Shown in pieces: positions 23,301 through 38,372 of a stretch of 64,000 nt of DNA. The position numbers and the translations under genes were made by a program. The notes under the pieces were generated by a model that did no database searches, was not told where the DNA came from, and saw nothing but the letters and a program-made list of their open reading frames with translations. Origin of the DNA: the human T2T-CHM13v2.0 reference genome, Homo sapiens; assembly GCF_009914755.1 (NCBI RefSeq), contig NC_060934.1; one strand, given 5' to 3'. Position 1 is the first letter of the stretch. Each line of letters opens with the position of its first letter.

Positions 23301-25529
23301 GTCATTTAATGACGTCACCCTTCCACTCGCATTCTGTTTACAAGAACTCACCACATGGCCACTCCCTGGGAGTGGGAAGCAGGGCTTCGGGGTGGGGAGC
23401 CACCTCCCTGCAGCCTCTGCCCTGCAGAAAGGGGGCACGGGTCTTTTCCTGGGCTCAGCTGCCTGCGCCTATGAGGCCCCCAATAAATGTGTATGGAGCT
23501 GAGCATAGCCAGAGGGTGGAGGAAAGAGGCTCTGAGGAGGGAAGGAGAGAAAGGGGCCATGCTAATGTCTACTGAGCACCCACTATGTGCCCAGCGCAAA
23601 GCTACACACAGTCCCACATGTTAAAGCCACACGGGGTGGGGAAAGAGCCCAGACTTGAAGCCAGACAGACCAGGTACAGTTCCAGGTCTCCAGGTGTGGG
23701 TGAGTTAACGACCTTCCCAAAGCCTCATCAGACTCCTCCATGAAATGAGACCGTGCCCACCCCCACGATGTGGCACGATCCTATGAGAGATGCAAGGGGC
23801 CTGGCACGCAGTAGGTACTCAGGAGCAGAGAGGTACTGTTAAGAACTTTACATAATCCCACAATAGGGAAGTCCAATCTCAAGGGGCCTGGAAGTTACAC
23901 AGCAGGGCTGGAATGCACCCCAAATCTGCACTCTCACAAGACTGCACCCAGCTCCCCAGCATGTCACCAAGACGTCCCTCTGACCTCCCAGGCTTGGGCT
24001 CTAATAAATTTCAGGGAACCAGGGGCCCCTCCTGGACCCCGTGGCCTCCCTGGTCTGACCACTCACCTGCAAAGCCCTGTGGTATCCACCAGATGCTGCC
24101 AGCTCCATCTGCACCCTCTTAAAGGAAATGCGTCTAACAGTCTCAATAAACACCCTGCAGAGCCTGGACCCAGATCGGCTTGTCTTCTTCACCCAGCCTA
24201 TCCCTGCCAGCCAATTGAGTGTCCATCTTCCGCAGTTGACCCTGTCCAAGATGTACGGGCCCAGTGTCCCCCTCCCCATGCACCATCTTCCAGAGCCAAG
24301 CCTGTAGACACAAGCTTCCCACCCCCTCTTTCAAAGCCTCCCTCTTCAGGTTTGTGCAGCAGCCAAGCCCACTGAAAAACTCTCAGACACTCCATGGCAA
24401 AAAAAAAAAAAGGAAAAAAAAAAGTAAATCTGAGCCCACATCACCAACGGCCAGCCACATGCCTGGCCCTGGAGTTTCCCTGGGGCCCCTCTGTCTGCCT
24501 CCATGGTGGAAGAGGCATGGGGCTGCACGGCCAATGGGGAGCAGGACTTTCAAAACTGACCCAAGCATAAAGCTCAGCGGTGCACGTGCAGAGGCAGCAT
24601 CAAGTCCTGGCCCTTCCTGCCGGCGGCTCCCTAAATGCTATGGGTGATCAAAAGAGACCTTTTCCCCTCCACCAGGCAGGCACATAGCAGGCCATAAGCC
24701 TCAGGGATGCCAAGGAGGCTGAAAATGGAAAAACCTCTCCTTCTTGCTTGGAAGAGGACCTGCTTTCTTGGAACATTCTTACCTCCCTGGCAGGAGGCAG
24801 CTGATCACATTGATGTATTGATTTGTGGTCAGTTTCTGGCACAGCTGAGCGTGCTTCCATGCTTGGGGGTTGTGCACGGAGAAGGTCCCTGCCCACAGCT
24901 ATGCTCGCCGTGCCCATGTCTGCACAGTGTTTGACCCTCAGCCAGTGAGGCTGTGATGCATCGTCCTCTTTCATCTGCACCAAGGTGCTCAGGAGAGTGA
25001 GGCAAGTTAAGTCGCAGGGAAATAAACCTCATTGGCCTTCACTGGCCCCCGCGGCTGCTGGCAGGTGCGGCCCCCCCGCGGAGGAGGCTACCTCCCCAGC
25101 GCGCACCCACTTGCACACCCGGCTTAGATCCTCCCACCCTGGCCTCCTGCCTCCGCCATCCTGGAATTAGACAGGAATATTTGTCATCTTTTGGTTCTCA
25201 AGTGTAAGTCCCAGCCACGCTCATCCTTCTAGGCATGCCATGTTTTCTCCAGGTTCCTCAGAGCCAGGATCTGTCCAGGTGCTGCAGATACTCTGGCCCC
25301 AGTGGTCCCCAGGACGCAACAGGGCTTTCAGTCCCAGAGTTAGCCCCATCAGGAGTCAGCCTTGACACTCCAGACCCATCCCCAGGCCTGAGGCCATCAG
25401 CGCCAATGGAGGGATTAGCAGTAGCTATGATCGTGGAGAGAGGAGGGATGAAAATTTAACCTGCTCCCAGGCCAAGGTCCTGGAGCACAGCACAGTGCCG
25501 GGGTCCTCGCTCCCCCAGGCCCTGAACTA

Positions 25530-25920
25530 CCCTCTCCTGCCTTCCAGCCTTTGTATAGGCTGTGCCCTGCACTTCAGACTTCCCCGCCACCCACTTCACG
25601 TTGCTCACTTCTCACTGGTCTTTCAAGTCTCAGCCTGGCTGTCACTTCCTCCAGGCAGCCCTCTCTGACCATGCCCTCTCAGGGATAGATGCCCTTCCCT
25701 CTCTCTCTGAATGCCCCACACTGCTCCCGTCACTCTGGGAGGGAAGAGCCTGTTGGCTTGTCTGTCTCCCTCTCCAGGCTGTGGATACCACAGGAAGAGG
25801 CAGGGACCTCATCTGCTTGCCACAGACCCTGACACAGCACCTCATAAATATCTGCTGCCTGACTGCAAAAATTAAGGTATGAAAAGATTAAAAGAATAAA
25901 CTAAATGAGTGAATGAACAG
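25530..25920 (+). mobile_element. L2 3' fragment
   Basis: 'tctttcaagtctcagc...tgtcacttcctccaggcagccctctctgacc...aggcagggacc...aaatgagtgaatgaa'. Confidence 0.65.
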
Positions 25921-26480
25921 TGGGTTCATCAGTCCTTCCCAGGGACCTGTGTTGCCCAAAAGCTCTGTCCTGCCCCCTAGTTGCCCTGGCTACTGGGAGG
26001 GGCCCCCCTCAGGCTGGCTCTTGAGCTTCCAAACCCTCCAGGCCAGTGCCCAACAGTGCCCAGCCCCAGAACTGGAGCCTCCCACAGCTGGCTGGCCCCT
26101 GCTCAGGCCAGGCCCTCCTACAATGGGAGCTGGCTGTACACCTGGCAGCCCAGGCAGACAGGTCCCACTGCTCCTGGGGGTACAGGGAGAGTTGACCACT
26201 TTCCACACTCACCCTGCTGTGCACACATGGCTTCCCACCACCATGTTCCTCTCCAAGAGGACCCCAGACCCCAACTCAAGACCCTAGCTCCACCTGTATG
26301 GAGAGTGATGATGGGAACTTGGCTTCCATGTCCCACCCACCAGCTACATCTCAGGCCAGGCCCTCCAGCCTGGATGCTCTCTCAGAAATCAGCTCACTCA
26401 AGCTTGGGCCCTATTTCTCAAATCCTGGGATCCACAGTTCCCTCTTCAGGCTACAGTGCTTCTCACTGCACACTAAATCC

Positions 26481-26780
26481 CAGTGAAAAGACTTCCACAC
26501 TCTCCCCATCTAGTGTGAAGACCTCCACAGTCTCTGCTTTGGATGTGAAAACCTCCACTCTCTCTCTGCCTAGTGTGAAGACTTCCACATGTTCCCTGTC
26601 TGGTATGAAAACCTCCACACTCTCCCTTTGGGTGTGAAAACATCCATGTTCTCCTTTTCTGGTGGGAAGACTTCTACACTCTCCCTGTCTGGTGTGAAGA
26701 CTTCTATGGTCTCCTCTTTGGGTGTGAAGACATCTATGCTCCCCCCATCTGGTGTGAAGACTTCCACCCCTTCCCCTTCC
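26481..26780. repeat. 30-bp minisatellite, about 10 diverged copies
   Basis: Consensus about tggtgtgaagacttccacactctccctgtc; one 29-bp unit near 26601-26629. Confidence 0.93.
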
Positions 26781-27355
26781 AGTGCCAACACTCCACTTTC
26801 TTCAAGCTGTTTTCCTAGCCAGGAAGGCCTCCCACCACCTTTCCAATACTGAATGTCTACAGATCCTTCCAGGGGCTGCTTCAGTCTTCTTCCTCCTGAA
26901 CCATTTCCTGATCATCCCGACCAGAGTGAGCTTCTCCTTTGCCTTGACTCCATTTACTCATCCAGCACTTCCAATGGGGCATTATCCCTCTGTTCCTTGC
27001 CTCCTAAGGAATGAGGCAAGCTCAGTCTTCCAGGGAGACCCCACATCTGATGTCCTATCTGTATCCCCTTCACCCCCACTCAGCCAGTGGCACCACACAA
27101 CTCAGCTCTGACCCCAATCTCTGACCTTGACCTTTCCACCTAAGCCTGGCATCCCTGACTCATCTGCTATTGGGGCACCAGGTTTACCTCTGCTCAGCTC
27201 AACAGATCAGTGACCACTGGGCTGTCTTCACCTTTTTGGATTTCAGTTTGACCCTTGGATCCTGCCTCTCTGATCATTGTCTCCTCCCCACTCTATACTC
27301 TACAGACCTCCACTCCCAGGCCAGTCTCTGCCTTCAGAACTTCTGCCCCATCTCA

Positions 27356-27770
<415 letters not shown>

Positions 27771-27809
27771 GAAATTGCTTCTTCCTTCCCTACCCTTACC
27801 AAGGGATCC

Positions 27810-28065
27810 CTGTAGAGAGGTATTTCATTCCTTTTTCTTGACAATAATAGTCCATTCTATGGAGCGTCCACATTTTGCTTATTCATTCATCAGCTGATAG
27901 ACGTCTGAGTGTTTCTACTATTTGGCTATTATGAATTCTACTTCTATGAACATTGTGTACAAGTTTTTGTGTGGATATGTGTCTTCAGTTCTCTTGCACA
28001 CATACCTGGTTGTGGGATGCTAAATCTAACGGTAACCCTGTGTTTAATTGTTTGAGAAAATGCCA
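27810..28065 (-). mobile_element. L1M fragment
   Basis: 'tttcattcctttt...tccattctatgga...ctatgaacattgtgtacaagtttttgtgtggatatg'. Confidence 0.8.
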
Positions 28066-28074
28066 TGCAGAGGC

Positions 28075-28345
28075 CTTCTCTCCTTTCTGCTGTACTTGAA
28101 CCAGGGATGCTTTCGAGCCTGGAGCTGCTGGCAGCCACTTTGCCAACAAATAGAGCCTGAGAAAGAAGTCAACATGCAGGAGAAAAGGGCGAAAAAGAGA
28201 AACTGAGTGCTGATGACATTGGATCAATCAATCCCTGGATGTTCCAGCGACATAAGTCAATATATGCCTTCTTCATTTCTTTCTTCATTCACTCAAACTC
28301 TTATTGCTTAAACCAGTTTGAGCTGGGTTTTCTGGTACTTAAATG
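28075..28345 (+). mobile_element. Old MLT1 (K/L-like) LTR fragment
   Basis: 'gagcctggagctgctggcagccac...cttaaaccagtttgagctgggttttctg'. Confidence 0.6.
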
Positions 28346-30827
28346 AAGAGTTAACTGAGCCAGGCTTTCACTGTTCATGCTGATTTACTTTCCAGCTCTG
28401 CACCCTTTCTCATGTTGGTCTGAATCCCAAACACAACTCATATAAGTGGGAGCCCAGTCTCTGTTCAGATGAGGCTTAGAGAAGGCAGGGAGACTAAGGA
28501 GTCGCTGAGCTGGGCAGGGGGTGGTCTGCAGCCTGCACGGCCTCAGCTGGCCCCAGTGCAATTCTTCCCTTCTCATCACTCACAGCTGGACTCGCCTCTC
28601 AGGGAGCAGTGGGATGGCCCTTCCCTGGCCCATGTCACGCATTTGACATTGAACTCTTCCCTCTGCCCACGTGAGGCTTTGTTTCCCAGTCATGGGTGCA
28701 GTCCATCACTTTTCTGCCTCCCCACAGCCAAAGAGAGTGGCCCAGGCCTACTGGCAAAGGCATCTCTACAGACCCCAGTTCCCTTGGTGGGCTCCATGAC
28801 TTTGCCCAGGTGGAATTCACAGACTAGTTTCCAGAACTGCTAGGTTGAGTCTGCTAAAAGACTACTGGAAATGGCTCAATGTGAGATGGAGCAGTAGCCA
28901 ACATACAGGGGTTGCCATGGGCACTGTTTCCATCCTTCCTTGCACACAGAGCCAGGCTGAGCAGCCAGGAGAAACACGGGCAGAGCCTTGCTAAACAAGC
29001 CTGTCTGTCCCCACAATGACTCACTTTGGTCACAGGAAGGCAGGACACTGCCTCTGCGCGGGATTTCAGCTGGGAACACTGGTGCAGGTCTGCATCCCGG
29101 CCCCTGCTCACAACATGGAGGGTCACAGAAGAGAGGTGCAAATGCTTCTGCAGAAAGACACAGTGACAACCCTGAAAGGATACATTTAGGCAGCATTGTC
29201 TCCTGCAGATCAGTGAGCCCACATGAGCAATAGTGGCCAGGTATGTGTCACCAGTTGCAGAACCCAAGGGTATAGGTTTTATCCATTTTTGGCCATCAAG
29301 CGCAAGCTGGAGGAGTCTCATGAGGCTGAAATTTGCCAGCATGCTTCACTTCATGCCCCCAATCTGGAATTAATGTTGGCAAATGTTGCCTTGGGTTAAT
29401 TAAACTTATTAATGAGATGGGACAATAGAAGTGCCAGTTCCCTCCCATGTTTGAGGTATTCCTTAGGGAGCTAAGAGAGGGGGAACTCAGCCAGCCACAG
29501 AAATGTTCCAAAAACCCAGTCATGCTGAGAACTTGTAAAATTAGGGTCTAACACAGTGTTGCATATCTGAGCTCCTTGAGGACAAGAATGAAGTCACACT
29601 TAGCTCATGTTCCAGTACCTTGCGGAGCTGGGCTCACAGTTGGGCACAAAGAACCCCTGCCATGATGCTGGAGAGTGAGTGCAGGACCCTTTGCTAAGCA
29701 AGAGAGAGATTGTGCCCCCAAAATCTTCCTATTAGACCGTTAAACACACACGAAGTCCAGAGGTTGAAGAAAAATGGTCCTTTAATTTTCCCACTGGGCC
29801 AAGTGAGCTTATCTTGAATGGGCAGAAGAGACTCCTCTCTCTTCCTCTTCCCCACCATCATCCCATTCTTCTCTAACACCTCTGCCATCCCCCTAGAATC
29901 CATTCTTCTTCCCCATCCCCTGCCCTAGTCAATCCTTCAGTTGCACTGAGTTTGCCCCACCCACATGACTGGAATGGGAGAGGCACTAGAAAGTAAGTTA
30001 GGGTCCTGAAGGATGGAAGATGGGGTCCTGTCCAGGTCCAGTCTCAGGGAGAAGTATCACCTGGCCCTGCTCAGACCGACGGCCCTTAACTCTGGGATGA
30101 TGTCTCAAGTCTTGTCTCTGCTCTGCCTTCCCAAAGACTCCCTCCTGTTCAGAACCCGTGAAAGGCCAGCTCTCCGTGTGTCTGGAAAGTGACCAGGGAA
30201 AGATAAAAGCCCATCTCTGTCAGGACTCAAAGGAAAGCCCAAGGCACCTGTGATGTCTACATCCTAGTGAGCAGCCTCTGCCCCGTATGCACCACCAAGG
30301 GAAGTAAAATGAGCCAAATGAAGTTCCAGGAAAATGATGAACACACCAGCACTTTCAAACCTCATCCCTTTCATCTCTCGAGAGAGCTCTGTGTTTGTGC
30401 TCTTCCTCAAGAACTGATGACAACTAGCTGCACTTTACACTCTACCTCTTCTGTTCTCTAGAATCTTCTGTGCCCCAAATTCCCTCCCCCATCCAACCCC
30501 ACCCACCCACCCACCCACCCACCAAGCCTAGTCCTGTCTCTGGTTTAGTACTTTGCTCCCCAGACCCTGGGTTTTTCCAGAAGCCTGCCAATAACTGAGG
30601 CCCCCACTGTGCTGATGGAAGGTAGCCACTGTCTCTGCCCTAAGGGTGGGAAGCCACCCTCCCTAAGCTTCAGGGAAGAGCCATGCCGCCTCGCTTCTCA
30701 CCAGAGCCCAGCCTGTGCCTTCCAGCCTGGGGATCTTCCTACAGACCCAGCTGCCTACTAGTCCCAGTTTCCCACATAGGATTTGAACCTCTAAAATTAT
30801 GGCAGACTAGGCAGCTTGAAAACCTTC

Positions 30828-31347
30828 TGTGCATGTAGAATCATGTCTCTCCAAAATTCATGTCCACCTGGAAATTGTAAATGTGACCTTATTTGGAAAT
30901 AAGGACTTTTCGGATGTCTGCAGTGAGCATGCAGACACAGATCCAGGAATTGATCATGCTCACTGCAGACATCCGAAAAGTCCTTATTTCCAGATAAGAT
31001 AAGACCATACTAAATGAGGGTGGGCCTTAAATTCAATGACTGGTGTCTTCATAAGGAAAAAAAAGATTTGAGCACAGACACACCCAAGAGAAGGTCATAT
31101 GAAAATGGAGGCAGAGACTGGAGCGAGGCATCTACAAACGAAGAAATGTCAAAGATGGTCAGAAACAACCAGAAACTAGGAAGAAGTAGGGAAGGATGCT
31201 CTCCTAGAGCCTTCAAAGAGAGCAGGGCCCTGACAACATCTTGATTTCAGACTTACAGCCTCTAGAATTGGGAGAGAGTGAATTCCTGTTGTTTTAAGCA
31301 ACCTAGTTTGTGGCAATTTGTTATAGCAGCCCTGAGAAACTAATACA
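30828..31347 (+). mobile_element. MLT1C-like LTR carrying a complex palindromic insertion
   Basis: 'atgtgaccttatttggaaata...gagggtgggcc...ttgttatagcagccctgagaaactaataca'. Confidence 0.85.
30888..30998. repeat. Inverted repeat, 44-bp arms (43/44 complementary), 23-nt spacer
   Basis: cttatttggaaataaggacttttcggatgtctgcagtgagcatg ... catgctcactgcagacatccgaaaagtccttatttccagataag. Confidence 0.97.
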
Positions 31348-32105
31348 TCTTCTTTATAAAATACACAGAAATGCTAGTTAAAATAAAACAGCATCCCTAC
31401 CTGAATGAGCTCACAATAAATTAACAGTCAAACATAAATGGGAATATAAAAACCAGAATGATGACAATGATGCCACAACTACCTTAGGAACATTGTGAAT
31501 CTTATTAATCAAGGAGCTGAAGTTTTAAGAACCATATAGGGATAGATATGAGGCTTTGGTCTTACACTGAGGCCCCGCTAAGCCTCCATGTACAGCCAGG
31601 ACCCTCAGAAGTCCATATCTTTAGTGAAGTAGTGGATTGGAAAAAGAGCCTGCCCATTATCAAAGAGAGATGACAAAGAAGTTTGTCTCTCTTGGCCTAA
31701 AATTGAAGTGGTGAAGGAGGGGGCAAGCATACCCTCAAACGGGTTTGGGATTTAAATTTCTATTATATGTGCATTGCAGGAGACTGCAAGCCAAGAAACA
31801 ATTATAAAGTGACATCCAGACAGTAACACTTGGGGGAACTGGAAGAAGAAAATACAAATACCCTGAGTACACACAACACCTCATCCCACACCAACATGAG
31901 CTCACAATCTAAAATTACAACACACACACACAAAAACACAATAGGCAAGAACAAGAGAAATGACACCCAGAAGAATGAATACCATGTGCAAAATAAGGAT
32001 GTTTAAAATGTTCAAATAAATAAAAGATAAAATTAGAAAATTGAGGAATAACACTCTTAAAAGATACCAGGAAGATTTGAATTTGAAAAAGAACCAAATA
32101 AAATA

Positions 32106-32107
<2 letters not shown>

Positions 32108-32148
<41 letters not shown>
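32108..32148. repeat. (TG)~20 microsatellite
   Basis: Perfect run. Confidence 0.98.
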
Positions 32149-32149
<1 letters not shown>

Positions 32150-34570
32150 TATTAGACTGAGCTGAAGAAGTAATTAGTGACCTGGAAGATAGACATAAGG
32201 AAAGTACCCAGAATACAGCAAAGAAAGAAAGGTTAAGAATACAAAGAAAAGTTGAACAAACTTCTAATTAGAGTCCCAGAAGACAAAGAGAACAGAGAAA
32301 ATGAAAGAAAGGCCATATTAGAAAAAAAGAATTTTCCAAAACTTGTTTGAGACAAGAATACATATATTCAGGAAATGTGAAATCTTTAGAAGAATAAAGT
32401 CAAAGAAAACCACATCCAAGCCAAGAAGATGTCTTAAAAGCATTTAGAGAAAAAGACAGATTACCTACAATTAGATGGACAATAAACTTCTCAATGACAA
32501 CAACAGAAACAAGAAGCCAGTGGAACAACATTTTCAAAGTACTGAGGGCAAATGTTTTCACTAGCATAGTATGCATACCTAAGGAATTATTCGACAATAA
32601 AGACAAAATAAAGATATTTTTCAAGCTAGCCATGAGGAAGTAAGAGTGTCTGGAATTCCCATCTCATCAGTTTGACCTAGAAACTGGACAAAATATGGGA
32701 AACTTTTCAGACATTGGAAAACAGGCATCATAGGACTATGATCCCTGAGAAAAGGGGAAGTGAATAAGGCAAACCTCACTATTGCTCAGGCTTTATGCTT
32801 AGAGATCATTTCTGGTCTGTGGTGCAAGAACCTAGAGACCTACAATTTCATGGAGTAGAAGAGGCAGAGGTTGGTGTTCAGGAAAGTCAGAGTAACTGGG
32901 ATTCATGAGGAGAGTACTCAAAAGAAGGGAGCATTAGAGAGAAACAAAGTAGGAATTTGTATAGGGGTCCCCTTGAGTCTTGGACTGAATACCAATCTAG
33001 GCATGAATAGAGTGATACTCACACAAGGCCAACAAGAACAGCTTCCAGGGAAAGGGCCATTACTGGAGAACTGTGAGATGAACAATTTCAAAAGCTCACA
33101 CAGGTCCAGGAATTGATCATACTCACTGCAGACAGAGTGCAGGGACTCATTCAACACACAGAGTCTCTGGACTCTGTCTGCAGGGAGCTTGATCTGCAGA
33201 GTGCATTCGGAAGAGAATGCAGAAGGGTTGGGCCTTCGAAGCAGAGGCTAAATTAGCCTTAGGATAAAGGATATTTGATAACCACCTACAAATCCTAAAA
33301 ACAAACCCCAAAGAATCAAATTTAACTTAACAAGTAACTTAACCACCCTTCCAAAAAAGTTCAACCCTGGTTAAAAAAAATACACCAGAATCCAGCACTC
33401 AGTATAAAATTGCAAAGTCCTTTCTCCAACAAAAAATTATTACATATACAAAGAAGCAGGAAAATGTGCTCCTGGGTCAAAAGAAATATCATGTGATGGA
33501 AACAGACCCATGAAATAATGGAAGATGGAGCAGAAAGAGACATTAAATCATTTATTAGAAAGGTATCAAATCAATAACTTAAACCTCCATTTTATGAAGT
33601 AGAAAAAAATGACAAAATAAACTCAATGCAAGCAGAAGGCAAAAATCATAGAGACAGCAGAAATCAGTGAAACTGTAAGCATAAAAGCAAGAAAGAAAGA
33701 TCAGTGAAACCAAAAGTTGTTCTTTGAAAAGATCAATAAAATTGATAAACCTCTAGCAAGACTGATAAATTAAAAAAGAGAAAAGACACAAATTACCCAT
33801 ATCAGGAATGAAAGAAGGGATATCGTTGCAAACCCTGCAGGCATTAAAAGGATAATATAAAGGAATGCTCTGAACAACTCTATGCACATAAAATTGACAA
33901 TGATGAAATGTAACAATTCCTAAGAAAAGGAACTACTAAAACTCATCTGAGATGAAATCATAATCTGAATAGTCCTGTAACTACTAAGGAAATTGAATGT
34001 ATAATTTTTAAAAAACCTTCCAAAAAAGAAATTTCCAAGCATAAAGGGTTTCACTGGTGAGTTCTAGAAAATATTTAAAAAATAACCCCAATTCTACACA
34101 ATCACTTCCAAGAGATAAAAGCAGAGAGAACATTTCCCAACTCCTTTTATGCTGCCAGCATTACTCTGCAATCAAAACCAGACAATACAAGAAAACTACA
34201 AACCGAAATCCCTCATAAAGAGAGATGCAAAAGTTCTCAAGAAAACATTATCACATCAAATCTAGCAATATAAAAAGAATTATATGTCATAAGTAAAAGT
34301 ACAGTTTATCCTGGGAATGAAAGCCTGCTTCAATATTTGGAAATAAATCAGTGCAATCCACCACATTAATGGTTTAAACAAGAAAAATTACATGATCATA
34401 TCATTATGGGGCTGAATTATTTACCCCAAAAAAATCACATGTTTAAGTCTCAACCCCCAGCACCTCAGGATGTGAATGTATTCAGAAACAGGGTCTTTAA
34501 AGAGGTAACTAAGTTAAATGACATCATTATGGTGGGCCCTATTCTAATATGACTGTTGTCCTGCTGGAAA

Positions 34571-34946
34571 GTATATTTATCCATTCTCATGCTGCTAATA
34601 AAGACATACCCAAGACTGGCTCATTTACAAAGGAAAGAGGTTTAATTGACTCACAGTTCTTCATGGCTGGGGAGGCCTCAGGAAATTCACAACCATGGCA
34701 GAAGGGGAGGCAAACACGTCCTTCTTCACATGGCGGCAAGAGAGAAGAATGATAGACAAGTGAAGGGGGAAACCCCTTATAAAACCACCATATCTCATGA
34801 GAAAACTTACTGTCATGAGAATAGAATGGAGCAAACCACCCCTATGATTTGATTACCTCCCACCGGATCCCTCTCACCACAAGTGGGGATTATGAGGACT
34901 ACAATTCAAGACGAGATTTGGGTGGGGACACAGCCAAGCCATATCA
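34571..34946 (-). mobile_element. THE1 solo LTR
   Basis: 'ccattctcatgctgctaataaagacatacc...gatttgggtggggacacagccaagccatatca'. Confidence 0.9.
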
Positions 34947-34965
34947 AAAGGAAGAAGAAATTTGG

Positions 34966-35612
<647 letters not shown>

Positions 35613-36424
35613 AAACACAGATACACGAAGAGGAAAGACCACGTGGAGATACAGGGAGAGCATGGCCATCTGCAAACTGAGGAGCCAGGCTTCAGAGGAA
35701 ACAGCCCTGTTGAGCTTGATCTCAGACTTCTAGGCTTCAGGATTGTGAGAAAATAAGTTTCTGTTGTTTAAGTCATCTAATCTGTAGTACTTTGTTATGG
35801 CAGCCCTAGCAAGTTCATACAATAACTATTAGTGCAGAAAAAGCATTTGACAAAATTCAAATCCATTTATGATGTCTTAGAAAAAAACTCTTAGCAAACT
35901 AGAAATAGAAGGAAACTCCTTAACTCAATGAAGGGCAAATACAAAAAAACTATTCCTAACATCCTACTTAATCGTTAAATACCGAATGCTTCCTCCCAAA
36001 TAAATAGCAAGACAAAGGTGTCCACTCTCACCACTCCAATCCAACATCATCCAGGAAGTCCTAGCCAGTGCAATAAGGAAAGAAAAATAATTCGAAGGCA
36101 TACATATTGGAAAGGAAGAAACGAAACTGCCCATTTAGAGATGACATAATTATCTACATAGAAAATCCCAAGTAATCTAAAAATAAAGTCTGATAAAACT
36201 AGTGATTTTAGCAAGGTTGAAAGAGAAAAGATCAACACCACAAAAATCAATCACATATGCATGTGTATACCAGTATTGAACAATTATAAACCAAAATTTG
36301 AAAAACCAATACATTTTACTAAATCTCCAAAAAAAAAATACTAAGCATAAATAAAACAAAACATGTAGAGAATCTGCATGCTGGAAACCACAAAAGCTGA
36401 TGGAACAAATCCAAGAAGCCAACC

Positions 36425-36600
36425 TCATGTTGAAATTTGATCCTCAATGTTGGAGGTGAGGCCTAATGGGAGGTGACTGGGTCATGGGGACAGATCCCTC
36501 ATGAATAGATTAATGACATCCCTGCGGGAATGGGGGGTACACAAGAGTGGGGATAAGTAAGTTCTCACTCTATTAGTTACCAAGAGAGCTGGCACCTCCC
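36425..36600 (+). mobile_element. MSTB-like LTR fragment
   Basis: 'catgttgaaatttgatcctcaatgttggaggtgaggcctaatgggagg...gatccctcatgaatagattaatg'. Confidence 0.7.
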
Positions 36601-36671
36601 TATAAATCAAGAGGTATACCATGGTCATGAATGGGAAGACTCACAAAAGTAAGAAGACAATTCTCAGATAG

Positions 36672-37020
<349 letters not shown>

Positions 37021-37170
37021 GAGGATCTTTATATATATAAGCAAGCTGATTCCAAAATTTTAATAGAAAGGTAAAGAAACTAGAATACCCAAAGCAATTT
37101 TGAAAAGGAAAATAAAGTTGGGAAAATCACACTACCTGATTTTTTAACTTACTAAAAACTACATTAATCA

Positions 37171-37596
<426 letters not shown>

Positions 37597-37778
37597 CTAG
37601 ACATAGACCCACACAAATATGGCCAAGAGTTTTGGCAAAGGTGCAAAAGCAAGTTAATGGATACAGGCTAATCCTTTCAGCAATGGCGTTGGAACAGTTC
37701 ACCCCTCACCACGCTTTCTGCCCTGCCTGGCACTGACGGGGGACTCCTTGCTCAAAGGGCAGGGTCACCAAGAGCCCC

Positions 37779-38180
37779 TGATATGGTTTGGATTTGTGTC
37801 CCCACCCCCAAATCTCATGTCGATTTGTAATCCCCACGTGTTGGAGGAGGGGCCTGGTGAGAGGTGATTGGATCATGGGGGCAGATTTCCCCCTTGCTGT
37901 TCTTGCGATAATGAGTGAGTTCTCATGAGATCTGCCTGCTTGAAAGTGTGTAGCACTTTTCCCCTTCGCTCTCTCTTTTTCTCTCTCTCTCTCTCCTGTT
38001 GCCATGGTAAAGACATACTTGTTTCCCCTTCATCTTCCGCAAGGATTGTAAGTTTCCTGAGGCCTCCCAGCCATGTTTCCTGTACAGCCCAAGGAACTGT
38101 GAGTCAATTAAACCTCTTTTCTTCATAAATTACCCAGTCTTGGATAGTTCTTTATAGCACTGTGAGAACAGACTAATACA
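37779..38180 (+). mobile_element. MSTA-like solo LTR
   Basis: TG...CA ends; perfect 5-bp TSD gcccc at 37774-37778 and 38181-38185. Confidence 0.9.
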
Positions 38181-38372
38181 GCCCCTCACAAACCAATCTG
38201 ACACCTGGCAGCACCCAGCACTCACCCTGCAGACAGGACAGGCCAGAGTCTGGTGGAGGGAACCAGCATGTGTAGAAGAGATGGAAGAAGGATGACACAG
38301 GTCCCGGGCAGAGCAGCTCTGCACACTTTTGGCACCCAAGCAGAAGTCCTTCCCTTTTTTTCTTGGAGGGTC

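Noticed and set aside
24398-24423. A-rich tract as a possible retrocopy tail (also 14143-14164)
   Set aside because: No upstream polyA signal, TSD or recognisable mRNA.
26481-26780. CRISPR-like regular repeat
   Set aside because: Units are head-to-tail 30-mers without unique spacers; primate DNA, no cas genes.
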